Shown piece after piece: positions 1 through 39,500 of a stretch of 64,000 nt of DNA. A model generated the notes under the pieces. The model worked only from the letters and a program-made list of their open reading frames with translations, made no database searches and was not told the DNA's origin. Origin of the DNA: Tubulanus polymorphus (lineage: Eukaryota; Animalia; Nemertea); contig NC_134030.1 of NCBI RefSeq assembly GCF_964204645.1, positions 21,722,210-21,786,209 of the forward strand, written 5' to 3'. A program made the position numbers and the translations under genes. Within the stretch, counting starts at the first letter, position 1, and each line of letters begins with the position of its first letter.

Positions 1-33
1 TGAAAAAAATATACTTACGTCTTTTTCTTTCAG

Positions 34-27122
<27,089 letters not shown>

Positions 27123-27457
27123 TTCCAAGCCGTCGTTCCCCATAAGGGTTGATTTGACACTAAAATCAATTGTTGCATTGCAAGAAACAGGAGTTAACCG
27201 TCTATATGACAGTTTATGATCAAACGTTGTAGGGAACCCGTAACAACGACTGGTATTTAGACTAGTACACAGGATTATAACCGCCAGTCTCTAGTGGTGG
27301 CAGAGTCTGGGTGGAACTGGGTGTAACTCACAACTGTGGAACTGTGATTTGTATCACGCTATTATTAAGATGTTTGTTAATCTCTTTTTGATTGGCTTGA
27401 ATCATTGAGATTTTATACGAAAAGACGAAAAAGAAAAAAGAGATGAACACAGTTTCT

Positions 27458-27463
27458 AATAAA
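27458..27463 (+). terminator. Candidate polyadenylation signal of gene A copy 1
   Basis: AATAAA ~335 nt after the stop, conserved in copy 2 at 61889-61894. Confidence 0.5.
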
Positions 27464-28290
27464 ATATTTATCTTTGTTATTCGGTTGTATGTAATTTCTG
27501 CGCTATTTGATTAATGTAGATCATTGATTAATTATTGCTGTAACAATTAATTGTAATAATATTAATTAATCAAATAAATATATTTTCTGCTTTTATCTCT
27601 CATAAAAAACTGATTTCTCGTTTTTCCGCGTCGTATCTGGTTTTTTTCACTAGCGAGAAAACATCTCTTTGTTCTGCTGAAATCTGTGAAGGTTCACATT
27701 TGATTGTTTGACTTTTATCAGTCAAAATACTGAAATGTGCTAAAATATACAGTGTAACTGAAGTAGATGAAATACAGTGTAACTGATCTAAAGTGTAGCT
27801 GAAATACAGTGTAACTGAATGAATGCAGTATTGTACCGTAGTTGTAACTATATCCAGCAGAAATAAATTGTAAACGAAATTGCTTTTTGCTAAATCATCA
27901 GCGGTTGTTCTTGGGGAATATTAGGCCTACATTGTAGTCCAACTTACGCTGTATAACTGTATTATGATACAATGTAACAATGTAACTGGTTTACTGTTTT
28001 ACTATACATAAAATATGTGTTAAGTTAAAAACTGTAAAAATGCATCACTGATTGACTGAAGTATTATCATTGAAAAATTGTGATAATTTTTATTTCATTT
28101 GAAAAAGTTTTGTAAAAACGTGACATTTTATGAAACCATTGATGCGGTTTATAAGATCAGCTACTTGCGGACTCCTGGTAAAACTTTGTGCCGTGTTTTT
28201 TGCTAGAAATTGCTAATAATGTAACGTGCTAAATTTATTCATTTATCTATAAATTTATCCATATAGATAAAATCATTGTTTTCTTTTCTA

Positions 28291-28456
28291 GCAACTGCAG
28301 CCGGAGTAGAACCGACCCCGGGTCGGATGAGGTTGACACTTGGTCATGTCCAATCTTACCAATAGCTTCCCGTTAACCCCAACTCTAGCCGAATAGGACT
28401 CGAACCTAAAATCTTCAGCGTGCCAGCCGAGCACACTAACCACTAGACCATACACC
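28291..28456 (-). mobile_element. tRNA-derived SINE-like element
   Basis: Minus strand shows an A box TGGTCTAGTGG and a B box GGTTCGAGTCC at tRNA-like spacing, followed by a non-tRNA body. Copies at ~62670-62830 and ~63160-63322. Confidence 0.7.
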
Positions 28457-29189
28457 AGTAGTTTGTAAGTGCGTGTCTGGTCAGTGTGGTGAACATTTAT
28501 CTGTGGTGACTATCAGTCGGGTGTGTGGTGACTGGTGACCATTCAGGTGCGGTGACTGGTGAGTCAGATGTGGATACACTATTCACTAACAATGCTCGCT
28601 CTATCATTCTGTGTTACAGTTACAGCAGTTTCAATGTAATTGTCAGGAAGTTCTAAGGAAGTCTCTCTTTTTCCATAGATGAAGTAGTCAAAATTACACC
28701 TTGTATCCATCTCTGAGACTTCTGCCTTCCCGACGTCGTGAATGTATTAATTTGACAATCTCTCGGAATTGATATCTTTTATTGTATTTCATTAAGATTT
28801 TCTAATTGATATCTAAAAGTTTGATAATTTTTTATTATTCAGTTTCTAAAAATGTATACCTTATTTTGAGTGGAATGGATTGATTTTAGTAGAGACCCGC
28901 AGTTTATGGAGCGTAGATGGATTATAAAAGTAATAGTTCATTGACTCCAATAGGTGTAAAATGCGATACATTGTTAAACCATTCTTGTCGTACGTGGCGT
29001 TGACCTCTTTTACCCGACCGGTATTTCTTCACACCTAAAGGTGCTCGCGCATGTCTCCCGTTATATCAAACGAGCACCGATACCTCTTGTGAAAAAATCA
29101 TGAAATTCAACGAAAAGCTTAAGATGTAACTGATTAAAGGTGAGTTTGTTGAAGTATTTAACTCCACTCCAGTCGGATCTGTTCAACTA

Positions 29190-29325
29190 AGAGAGATAAC
29201 CGTTCAACTCTGAGATAACCGTTCAACTCAGAGATAACCGATCAACTCGGAGATAACCGATCAACTCGGAGATAACCGTTCAACTCGGAGATAACCGATT
29301 AATCAGAGATAACCGTTCAACTCGG
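29190..29325. repeat. ~20-bp tandem repeat (GAGATAACCGTTCAACTCG), ~7 units
   Basis: Direct units upstream of gene B, probably internal to a MITE. Confidence 0.75.
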
Positions 29326-29838
29326 ATGTTGAAATATGTTTTTGCGGCAGTATCTAAGAAATACATATCATCCAACTCGGATATCCCTCATCAAGTCGGA
29401 CACGTTTTTTTGCGGTTCCAAAAGATCCGACTTGAGCGGAGTCTACTGTATTCAAGAATAAGAGTCAAACTTATAAACTAGGCCTATATGCCACAATTTC
29501 ATTATTCAATTTTCTGACCTAAATTCTAAAATTCTAGAGAAACTTTCGACGATTTTGAAATATTTTCTGAAAGCGGTGAAAATTCTGGATTTTGTCCAAA
29601 AAAATTTAGAAAGCAGTCACTACTTGTGCCCCTGGACTTTGGACCCCGGGGCTTATATGAAGGTCATACAATTATTGAAGGACGACCAGTGATTTTAACA
29701 CCTTTCGCTTCCTGCTCAACGCTTGAATATACTGAATGTATCACCGGCGCTGATCATCAAAATCTTATCTTTAACTTCCTCAATTATCAGACAAAGTGGA
29801 ACTCGATTTTTATCCTTTATTCTGTACTCTGTATCACA

Positions 29839-32800
29839 ATGATGAACACACGTTCGTTCTTGATAATATACACGATTTTATTACAACTTGGGAACTTAAA
29901 CAGCGCAGAAACATCTGGAAATAAGACGCATAATTCAAGTAAGTCACTCGAATCAATGATAGCTTTTCTGTTGTGTCGATTTCATAGATTTCTGTCGATG
30001 ATAATTCATGCACCTGAGGTATTACGCGCGTGACGTCACAGATAGTTTCACCGTCGGTGTTTGAGACTCCCGTACATAGGTCTAGCTATACTAACAAATA
30101 GGGGATTTATCAAGGGCCTGTCATGTAAATAAATTACCAAGAATTGAAGATGCTGCAGGCCCGTATGCTGCCTTTCTTTGTTGTGGGTAGTTCTCGAGTA
30201 CTGTATAGGAGGGGAGTGTTTTGTGGGGATTCCCCAAGAAAACTTTGATCACTAAAGTCGTCAGTTTGAATTCATTACGTGGCTAATTTATGTATAACTT
30301 TGAACAAACGACTGTGGAGGACGATACGTGATGGGAAATGTAGTCTAAAAATTCGGAACTAGAGATTTTGCTGGGGGGAGGGGGTCACGTGGTGGAAAAA
30401 GGACCTCAATAGATTATTCGAAGTTTGTGCGTTTTACTGTTTCATAGACTATTCATATTTATTTATTCGTTTCAGTGATTTATCCGAAGCCTGTTCCCGA
30501 TGGAAAACCCGATATTAAAAGAGAAGGACAGACGATTGAATATATTTGTAAAACACGTGTTAAATATCCTACAGTTATATTCCAACAGAAGAGAAGAGAT
30601 TCAGAACAATGGGAAACAATTCCAGACGAACTGCTTCGTATAACTAGAAATGTGAAACATATTACTTCTGCTTCACTAGAATTCAAAGCAGATTTCAAAC
30701 TGCACAATGGAACAACATTTAGATGTCTCGTTCTTAAGGAAGGCCAAACAGATTTTGATTATCTTCAATTCGATCTAATCGTAGTTCATCGAACTGGTAA
30801 GTAACAGTTTTAAAATGTGAACCTTCCCAGTCTGGAATCCTGCTACTAAATAAACATCGAATCTATCAAAACAAATTAATATTGAAACACAGCATCTCTG
30901 TTACTTTTAAATTACTTCGCAGTCAATTGCATGAATTTATAGTTTAGCAGCTACGTATCAAAAGTGCGTTTATTGTAGCGTATGACATGTACATTTTAAT
31001 GTATTCTGGAATTTATAGAAATAATTCTCAAATTGACGGCCATACGACTCGGCGTGAAATTCATATTTCTGTTTAACGGATGAATATAGCCGACAGTTTA
31101 ATTTGTTGTAGCTTCCTCTTTCATATACCCGTCATTTGTTCATCCATTTCTATCTCCATACAAACATATCTTCTTGTGTCAACTACTTATTTCAAGGTCG
31201 CTTGATTAGCTGTTGATTTTAGATTTTGTATATTTGATATCTAAAAACCTGAATTTCTTCATTTAAAAAGTAAAAAATTGTCGCCCGCGTCACTTTTGGA
31301 ATTTGGAATGAGGCTTTTTATTTTCGTCTTTTTATTTAAAAAGGGAGGTAAAAATAATAAGTATCGGCCGTTCTTGTCACTTTACAAAAAAGGGGTTGAT
31401 GAGAAAAAAACCATATTTCTTTGCGTGGCCTTAATGCACGCGTCAGTAAACTAACCAAACTAAACCAAACCACAAACAGTCTAAGTTACTTTCTTCATGT
31501 AATTGTTTTTCTCATTTCAGATTTGAATCAAATCCCGGCGACTGAAATCAGTAAATCAGGGTCAGTATCTATTTCACTTAGCGCACTACAAATAAATCAT
31601 ATTCTATATGTGAATCATTTCTTTGTTGTCGATGCTTTTTGTGAAATAATTTTGAATTGATATCTCACTCGTCTCATTGGCTTCCGATTAACAATTCACC
31701 AATCATTATTCATCTCAATTTTCACATTTTGCCACAAAAGGTAACAGTACGGGCAATTGCAAAATATGTGACCTCGATATCGCTACCACGAGCCCTGCCT
31801 TTTCACATCTGGGCCCAGTTGCACAGTCGTGACTTAAGTCCAAAAGTAGTCTTATCTCTTAAGACTAGTCTTAATTTCTTAGATTAGCTATAGAACTAAG
31901 TTGGTATTAGACTGGTCTTAAGTCTAAGCCATGACTATGCAACCGGCCTCTGTTCTGCTGATTTATCTTAATTGTAAATTTCGTCCTTTTCATTCAGAGT
32001 TCGTCTGCTTACTGCTGAAAATGTGGCCTCGAAAAACAAGGTCATTATAAATTTAAGTAATAATTCAACAAACTTGTCAAATAAAGTTCCCCGGATCCCA
32101 GACACAGAGTCGAATTAAACCCACTGAACTGTGAACCTTGATTTAGGATATAAAAGCGAATTGAATTTTGTAATATAAACTGAATGATTAATTGATTGAT
32201 ATTTGCAGCTTGTGTTGAGGTTTGATTCTATTCTGTTTGTTTCTAGTTTATACCCGCGAATTGTCATCCGGTATATTCTACATCCTTCGAGTTTTCCTTT
32301 TTTTCTTTCTCTGACCAAATCGGTATACAGACTGGACTGGACCACAAACCTGACTGGACCATGATGATAATTTACATCGCTTGTGGAGCTATCGGTTTCC
32401 TCCTCGTCATCGTTATCATCGTTGTCATCGTCATTTGCAGGTTTGTACTCAATAATCTCGGGCAGATTTCATATCTGAGATAATCCCCCTATGACGTCAT
32501 ATTAAAACGTGAAATAATTTGATAAATCAGTGACGTTTTCCAAAAAGATGTCTTCATTCGTAAAATTTGTATCTACCTATGCGCCGATTACTGGCTGAGT
32601 CAATCTCAAATCAGCAGGAATAATTCAATATAATGACCGAAATATCCGAAATCTAAAATCTCTTCACCGCTTAAATTACCCATGTTTCAGACGCAGGCTA
32701 TTGCCGGGTGAAGGTCGTGTGGAGGTTGCGACACCGCAGGTACTCGACGTCTATGACGAGTTGTATGATGACATAGATTCTGTTACTGTAACTGACAAAC

Positions 32801-33201
32801 TGCACACCAGCGATCAGAAAGTTACTACAGATCCGTACGCGAATATCGAGACCGGCAACGACAAAGACACAACTCCGTACATGGATATGGCAGCCGCGAA
32901 GGGTAAAGACACACCTTCATATATAGATATGGAAGCCGGGAAGGGCAAAGACACAACTCCTTATATGGATATGGGACCCGGGATAGAAGAGGATACGTAC
33001 AGGAGTACGGAAACCGGGAAGGACAAACACACAACTCCTTACATGAATACCGGAGCCGAGAAGCGCAAAGATAGACATAGTTACGTGAATACGGAAGCCG
33101 GAAAGGCGCGCCATTTGAAGAAAGATACTGATGAACCCGTGAAAGATGATGTTGAACTTTATTCTTACGCTACTGTTCAATATACTCGCAATAGGCGTTA
33201 G
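29839..33201 (+). CDS. Gene B: single-Ig-domain type I membrane receptor with a tyrosine-motif repeat tail (~380 aa)
   Basis: Exons 29839-29938 (signal peptide MMNTRSFLIIYTILLQLGNLNSA), 30476-30796 (Ig, paralog of gene A D3), 31521-31560, 31998-32040, possibly 32247-32270, 32331-32440 (TM MMIIYIACGAIGFLLVIVIIVVIVIC) and 32691-33201 (RRR plus Tyr-rich tail). Phases are compatible and the total of 1149 nt is 3n. The stalk exons are less certain. Confidence 0.8.
31812..31948. mobile_element. Palindromic MITE
   Basis: gggcccagttgcacagtcgtgacttaag ... ctaagccatgactatgcaaccggcct. A related fragment lies at ~17150-17265. Confidence 0.6.
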
Positions 33202-34985
33202 AGGGCGCCGCTGAGCAAACAACGACTGATTATACATATGTAAAACAAAAGGCTAGAAACCATTGATACCTTTTCTTTCATAATCTGCTGAGCTTTAAAG
33301 TTGAATCAGCTGCACGCATACATTATTTCTTTCTAAGAATAACAGATCCGGCAGTTTTAGAAATGAACTGCCTACATATCTTATTGCAGTTTACAAAAAT
33401 GCCCCGGTCGACTAGGAGAAACAATTAGATATGATTTATTAGCCTAGTTTCTAAGTTTTTGATATGTACCAGTAGTGCATTTGATGATCAAACTAAGGAA
33501 CATCAATTCACTTCGACAATCATTCAAATTCCACTTTTAGCAAATGAAGATTAAGTGAAATTGCGATGTCAAATGCTTCAGTTTACAGGGCAGTATTTAA
33601 ACTGTGAAAGTATAAATTCATGATATTCAGCTCTACCGATGGCCTCGTAGACTCTTATGAGGACTTAAGTTTTTTTAAGTGTCAAATTGACATGTCAATT
33701 ATCTTCATGGGCGGATCCAAGTAAGGCCGAAACCGCCTCCCCTTATCTATTTTGCCAAGAAAATATTTTCACAACCCGGATTAGGAATGTAGCAAATATA
33801 GTAGAAAGTCTTTGTCATTCATTTTGTTCTTGATTTACTCTAGATGCCCCCAGAAAATGATCAATTCCTGATTCCCCTAAAAAGATATATAAAATATGGT
33901 ATAAAATCCGTCAGTCTTATTCTTTTCTTGATGATTCATTTTCTTATTTCCTCTTTTACTACTTCGGTCAAACAAGATACATTACACGATGGTAAAAGCT
34001 TTCCTAAAATAGATGTGCTTTAAGATTTCATTCAGAAGTATCGACAGGATGAGGATTCCGGAATACTGAACGGTCAAACATTCCACATTGCTGGGACAGT
34101 GAACTTCAAAGCTCTATTGCCAAATGACCTTCTTGGAGACAGGTTTGACTAGAGGTGTTATCATTTATATCGACTCATATTCTATTCATCCATTATAAGA
34201 TCAAGCACATTCTAATGATCTTAACATTTTTATTAATATGTTCATTTCAGTTACTTTCACTTTGTCTCACTTTAAACCCATGTTTTAGTCTCTGGTTTGC
34301 TGTTACACATTTTTTCAGTTAATCAGACGGTTCACAGATCATTTTGTGCCTCGATAAGTACAAACCAATCACTTCGTGCCTCGATATTTACTAACCAATG
34401 ATATGTAGATGAACCGACCGATGTGTTTTACCAGGTGTTATCATTATATTGACTCATATTCTATTCATGCACAGCGTTTATCGTTGACTCAATACATTTT
34501 GTATAGTTCCATTATTCACCCTCTATGGATTATATTTTAGTGGATACTTCCATTTTTCAAGATATTTTCTTCGGGCTGATAGAACATCTTATGTGAAGTT
34601 AACAATTGATCGTTCAGATTTTTTTGACTTTTTAAATGCATCAGAATCGAGGATTAGTTGCTTTGTTTATGGATATTTAGAGTAGTTTCACTTTGTTTTT
34701 TTTCATTAAGGTAAAAATCATTTCCTCATTAAACTCTTTTCACATATGGGTTTCGTTTCATGAAAAGTTTTAAGCTTTAGACAGTTAAATATGAATTGTT
34801 GTCCTCATTACAAACTTGAAGTAACCAATCATAGCAGCTGAACTTGAGAGATTCGAGTTATTTTTACTCTGTTTTGTAATATTGGACCCTGAGCGAGACT
34901 CCTGGTTTTGATGTACACATGTCTTGTATGCAGTGACTATCCATCACTTGGACGTTACCAAAAATACAAATGAAATTGAAATGCT

Positions 34986-35168
34986 GGTCGAATTAATGCT
35001 AGGAATAGTTCGTTAACTCATTTCTAGCCTAGGAATCGAATTGACGTTTCGTCTTCGTGGTTCTCCACTTCCGCGACGATTCTAAAATGAGAACTACTAA
35101 AACGAAACGTAATTTCGATTCCTAGGTAGTTAAAGAAATACGATCTTATTCCTAGAATTAATTCGGCC
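34986..35168. mobile_element. Palindromic MITE-like element
   Basis: ggtcgaattaatgctaggaata...cctaggaatcgaa / ttcgattcctagg...tattcctagaattaattcggcc. Confidence 0.55.
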
Positions 35169-36547
35169 ATCATATCACAAACCCACAATCAGTCGCTTGC
35201 CGGCTCTGTCAAGACTGAAGATCCTTTCAGAATCGAATCAATACCAAGATTAGATAAGATAAGATATTTATTTCACTCCAACCATAAGAATGGTACATGG
35301 AGGCAAGATTGAATAAAAACTATGAACAATAAAAATCTACAAATAAACAGAATTACATGTTTTTTATATGTAAGTTCATTCAATTTCAATCGTGCGATAA
35401 GATAAGAAGATAAGCTTTTTGCATTTCGCTCCAACCATGATACTGGTACATGGAGGCAAGATTGAATACAAAATATGAGATATAAAAATTTACGAAACAT
35501 TAACAGAATTGTATGCATATATACATACAGACAAAACAAATGGGAAAATAATTCTATAACAAAGTTAAGATCCAATTTTTCAGTAAAACTATTTACAGAC
35601 AAAGCAAGTACAGAGATTGAATTATGTACAGCAAAATGTACCACACGTATATACATATACATATACATAATTTACTGGTGGGATTTTTATAAAATTAAAC
35701 CGAACTCGATAAATTTAGCTATTTGTGGGGTAGGATTCGTTAACATTTCAAAGTTTCTGGATGTACTTAAATGGATGGAATTATCTCGCATATCATATAA
35801 CATAAATGAAATGCAGGTCATCTCCTCTCTGACTACGTTACAGGCGGGGCACAGTCTTTCACTTCTGTATGAGCGTTCGATCGATTATCTACCGGTAACA
35901 AATAGGAACCAATTCTGAATTCGAATGAGCTATAACGCGCAAGACGATACTTTCAAATTTTCAGATATTTTCTTGAACATGTGAATTTAAAAATCGATCA
36001 TGTATAAGTTTGTTAGACTTTTAAGTGCATATCAGAATGGGTTCACTTAGAATGGTTTAGTTTGATAGAATAGTTTTACTTTTCTGATAAACCGTTTTTT
36101 TTTTCATTAAGGAAAAACTCACTTTTTCCTAGACTCACTACACACCAGAGTTTGGTTTACTCCAGACGGTTATATTTGAAATCCATTATGAGTTTGAATT
36201 ACTGTCCTCATTAAAAACTTAAGTCCTCACCTCATCAAGTTTTCTTCACTTTTTTGTGAATCGGACCCTGACCTACTAGTCTCCTAGACTTGATGTATAT
36301 CTGTCTGCGGTAAAACATTGAACACTTTTAATTTTTGAACACCATTAATTTCCTATTCTTTTTGCATACCGGTAGAGATATTTACATCTTAACAATTGAA
36401 CACCTCGTCTATAGAATTTCATAAAAATGCTTGTCGACAAGAGGTTCCCTGTGGAAGAGCGTTGTTGTAAGATGTGTTTAACTGTTTTCTGTATGTGACG
36501 ATGATCTGAGGTTTGTGTCTTTATATCCAGGTAATGAATGAATCAAG

Positions 36548-39500
36548 ATGAGGAATCTATGGAGGAATCCGCAGAAGTGTTTAGTGATCTACGTGATTAT
36601 ACTGTTGAATCTCATGGCGTACAACAACAGCCCACAAGCGTTTAGAGTCAAGAGAAATACAGGTAAGACAACGTGAAAGAACATATCATAGAGTATATAT
36701 GGAAAATGTATTACATAAGATAAAACTTATCACCAGACTTTGGAAACTTGTATTTGAAATATCTGGGACAAAATGATAGTAGCTGAATAGTCCACTTGAA
36801 CTGATACATTTACCTCGAATGAAAACCCACAATCTCTCAAGTGTTTACATTTTTTACCTTAAACATTTTAACTATTCAATAATTGTATTTTATCTTCTAA
36901 AACTCCATCTACACTTGATTCTTATACCCGGGTTATGCGTCTCCACTACGCTCGCAACACGATGCTGAGTTTTCCGCAAAACCTGGGTTGTAGAAACCGT
37001 AGTTGAAAAAGAAGGGTCCACTCCTTATTCAACCACGTTCGCGTAAAACTTTTAGAATTTTTACTAGAAGTGTAGAAAGTAGACCCGCGCAACGATTGAA
37101 CTTAAAATTGAACTACAGATTGGTAGAAATCCCACAATAAAATCAGCGAAAGAAATTGAAATCAGAATTCAGAATTCATTGTAAACGAGAATATATTTCG
37201 AGCAACGTTTCGGCTAAACACAACTATGAGCCAATCATCAGGCGTACCGATACACGAGATATATTTAACAAGATATTTATACAGAAAATGAACTGTAGAA
37301 TGAGTGATCGAAGTTAAATACAGAGTTACTGTAAAGTTATTCAAAACATAGACAAGGAAACAATAGTAGAAAGAGTTAAGCAATAGCAAACAGCTAAAGG
37401 GGTAAAACGAGGAGGTAAATAAAACACAAAACCCGAAACTAAAACGAGGAGGTAAACCTGAGGGTAATCAAACAATGGCAAAAACATAACAAGGTTAATC
37501 AGAGAGTGATTGACTGAGAGAGTGAGGGGAAACAAAGAGGGCAGGCTAGAAGGGAAAATTAATATAATGCGGGGACAGGTGAAGCGAGAAATTTTGAGAT
37601 CAATAAGTTGTGGGGAAAATCGATATTCGAATTGTGGCAATTTTCCAGATGTTCAATTATCAGAGCTGATTCCTTAACGTGTCGTTTGGTTTGATTGGGA
37701 CAGGGACACCGCACGAATACGTTTGTTCAGTGACTTATGGCATATAATGTATATTTGATATTTCAGCACCTGATGGAGTTGTACTGGACAGTGTGAATGT
37801 ATTACCGGGTACAAGAATATTACGTATATTGTGTATTTGATATTTCAGCACCCGATGGAGTTGTACTGGACAGTGTGAATGTATTACCGGGTACAAGAAT
37901 ATTACGTATATTGTGTATTTGATATTTCAGCACCTGATGGAGTTGTACTGGACAGTGTGAATGTATTACCGGGTACAAGAATATTACGTATATTGTGTAT
38001 TTGATATTTCAGCACCCGATGGAGTTGTACTGGACAGTGTGAATGTATTACCGGGTACAAGAATATTACGTATATTGTGTATTTGATATTTCAGCACCTG
38101 ATGGAGTTGTACTGGACAGTGTGAATGTATTACCGGGTACAAGAATATTACGTTTATTGTGTATTTGATATTTCAGCACCTGATGGAGTTGTACTGGACA
38201 GTGTGAATGTATTACCGGGTACAAGAATATTACGTATATTGTATATTTGATATTTCAGCACCTGATGGAGTTGTACTGGACAGTGTGAATGTATTACCGG
38301 GTACAAGAATATTACGTATATTGTGTATTTGATATTTCAGCACCCGATGGAGTTGTACTGGACAGTGTGAATGTATTACCGGGTACAAATATGTTACTGT
38401 CGCAGGAAGGTAAAACTGTTAGTATTACCTGTAAACAGAGCAGCTCTGCAGCGACTGGTGTAGCATTCCAGCTACAAGTGAATAATGGACCAGAAGGGAC
38501 CTGGATTGCATTACCTACAGCATCAGCACCAGTTTGGGTTTTTCAGCCCGATGCTCGTAAAATGTATAAATGTGTGGCCATTAATTCAGCCGGAATTAAA
38601 GAAAGTCAGTTCTACCAATCAGATGTAATCAGTGAGTATGCATCACTTATCAAATAATGCTGGGAAAATAGAAAAAAAGTTTCTTGTGCACATGTTATAT
38701 TTTTTTTCGTGCATATAACTTTTATTGTAGGTATAAAGATAAATGAAAACCCATGTAAACTGCATGAATTCAAACCATCACTAGCTTGTACTTGTGAAGC
38801 CACTAGTAAGATCGGTAATCCAATCATCAAAGTAAAATGGTATGCTGATGGATTTACCGAAGGATCAACGGATATTGATCAGATCCCCGATCAAGGCGTA
38901 AATACCCCGGTGAAAGATGGAGTTATCAACAGGAATCAGATGCGGTTTAATTTAATGCTGTACGCATTATTGATTCAATGTCGGTTATGGAAGTATAATG
39001 GGATAGAGTTACCGAAACTAACACTTCAACAACAAATACTACATCAAACTCCAATGAACGTTACGTGTAAGTTGTATAATATTTTCATGAGAGATTTTTC
39101 ATACGATATCAGAGTGACAATAATGCATGTTACATTTATTCTATTGGTAACTGCCCATAGTTTGAGATTTAAGAGTTACTATTTCATAACGACTGGTGAT
39201 CGTGCCTATGACATGTTTTCAAATTCTTTCGTTTTGATATTTGGTTCCACGAAGGTATTACGAGTACTGAAGCGAATTGTTAATAATAACATTAAAAGGA
39301 CTAGAATATGAATGTGCATGTGTTTGCTTTTGAAATCGAACCTACTAGAAAACGATTTCACCTTCTATGATTAGGGCCTAGGCTTAAGATTTTGAGCCCA
39401 CATGGAAAAATTGCAGCGAAATTGGTAAAAATGTTGACATAAAAAGTTCGTTTCTGTAACAATTGTCGTCTTCGGGTATTCTTATGGCTATATCAGGGAT

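Noticed and set aside
28380-28456. Functional tRNA gene
   Set aside because: A and B boxes are present but there is no convincing acceptor stem. It continues into a conserved non-tRNA body and the paralogous copies have mutated B boxes, so it is called a SINE.
37747-38388. CRISPR-like regular repeat
   Set aside because: Units are contiguous and near-identical with no unique spacers, the context is eukaryotic, and there are no cas genes. The same applies to the 14-, 22- and 51-bp arrays.
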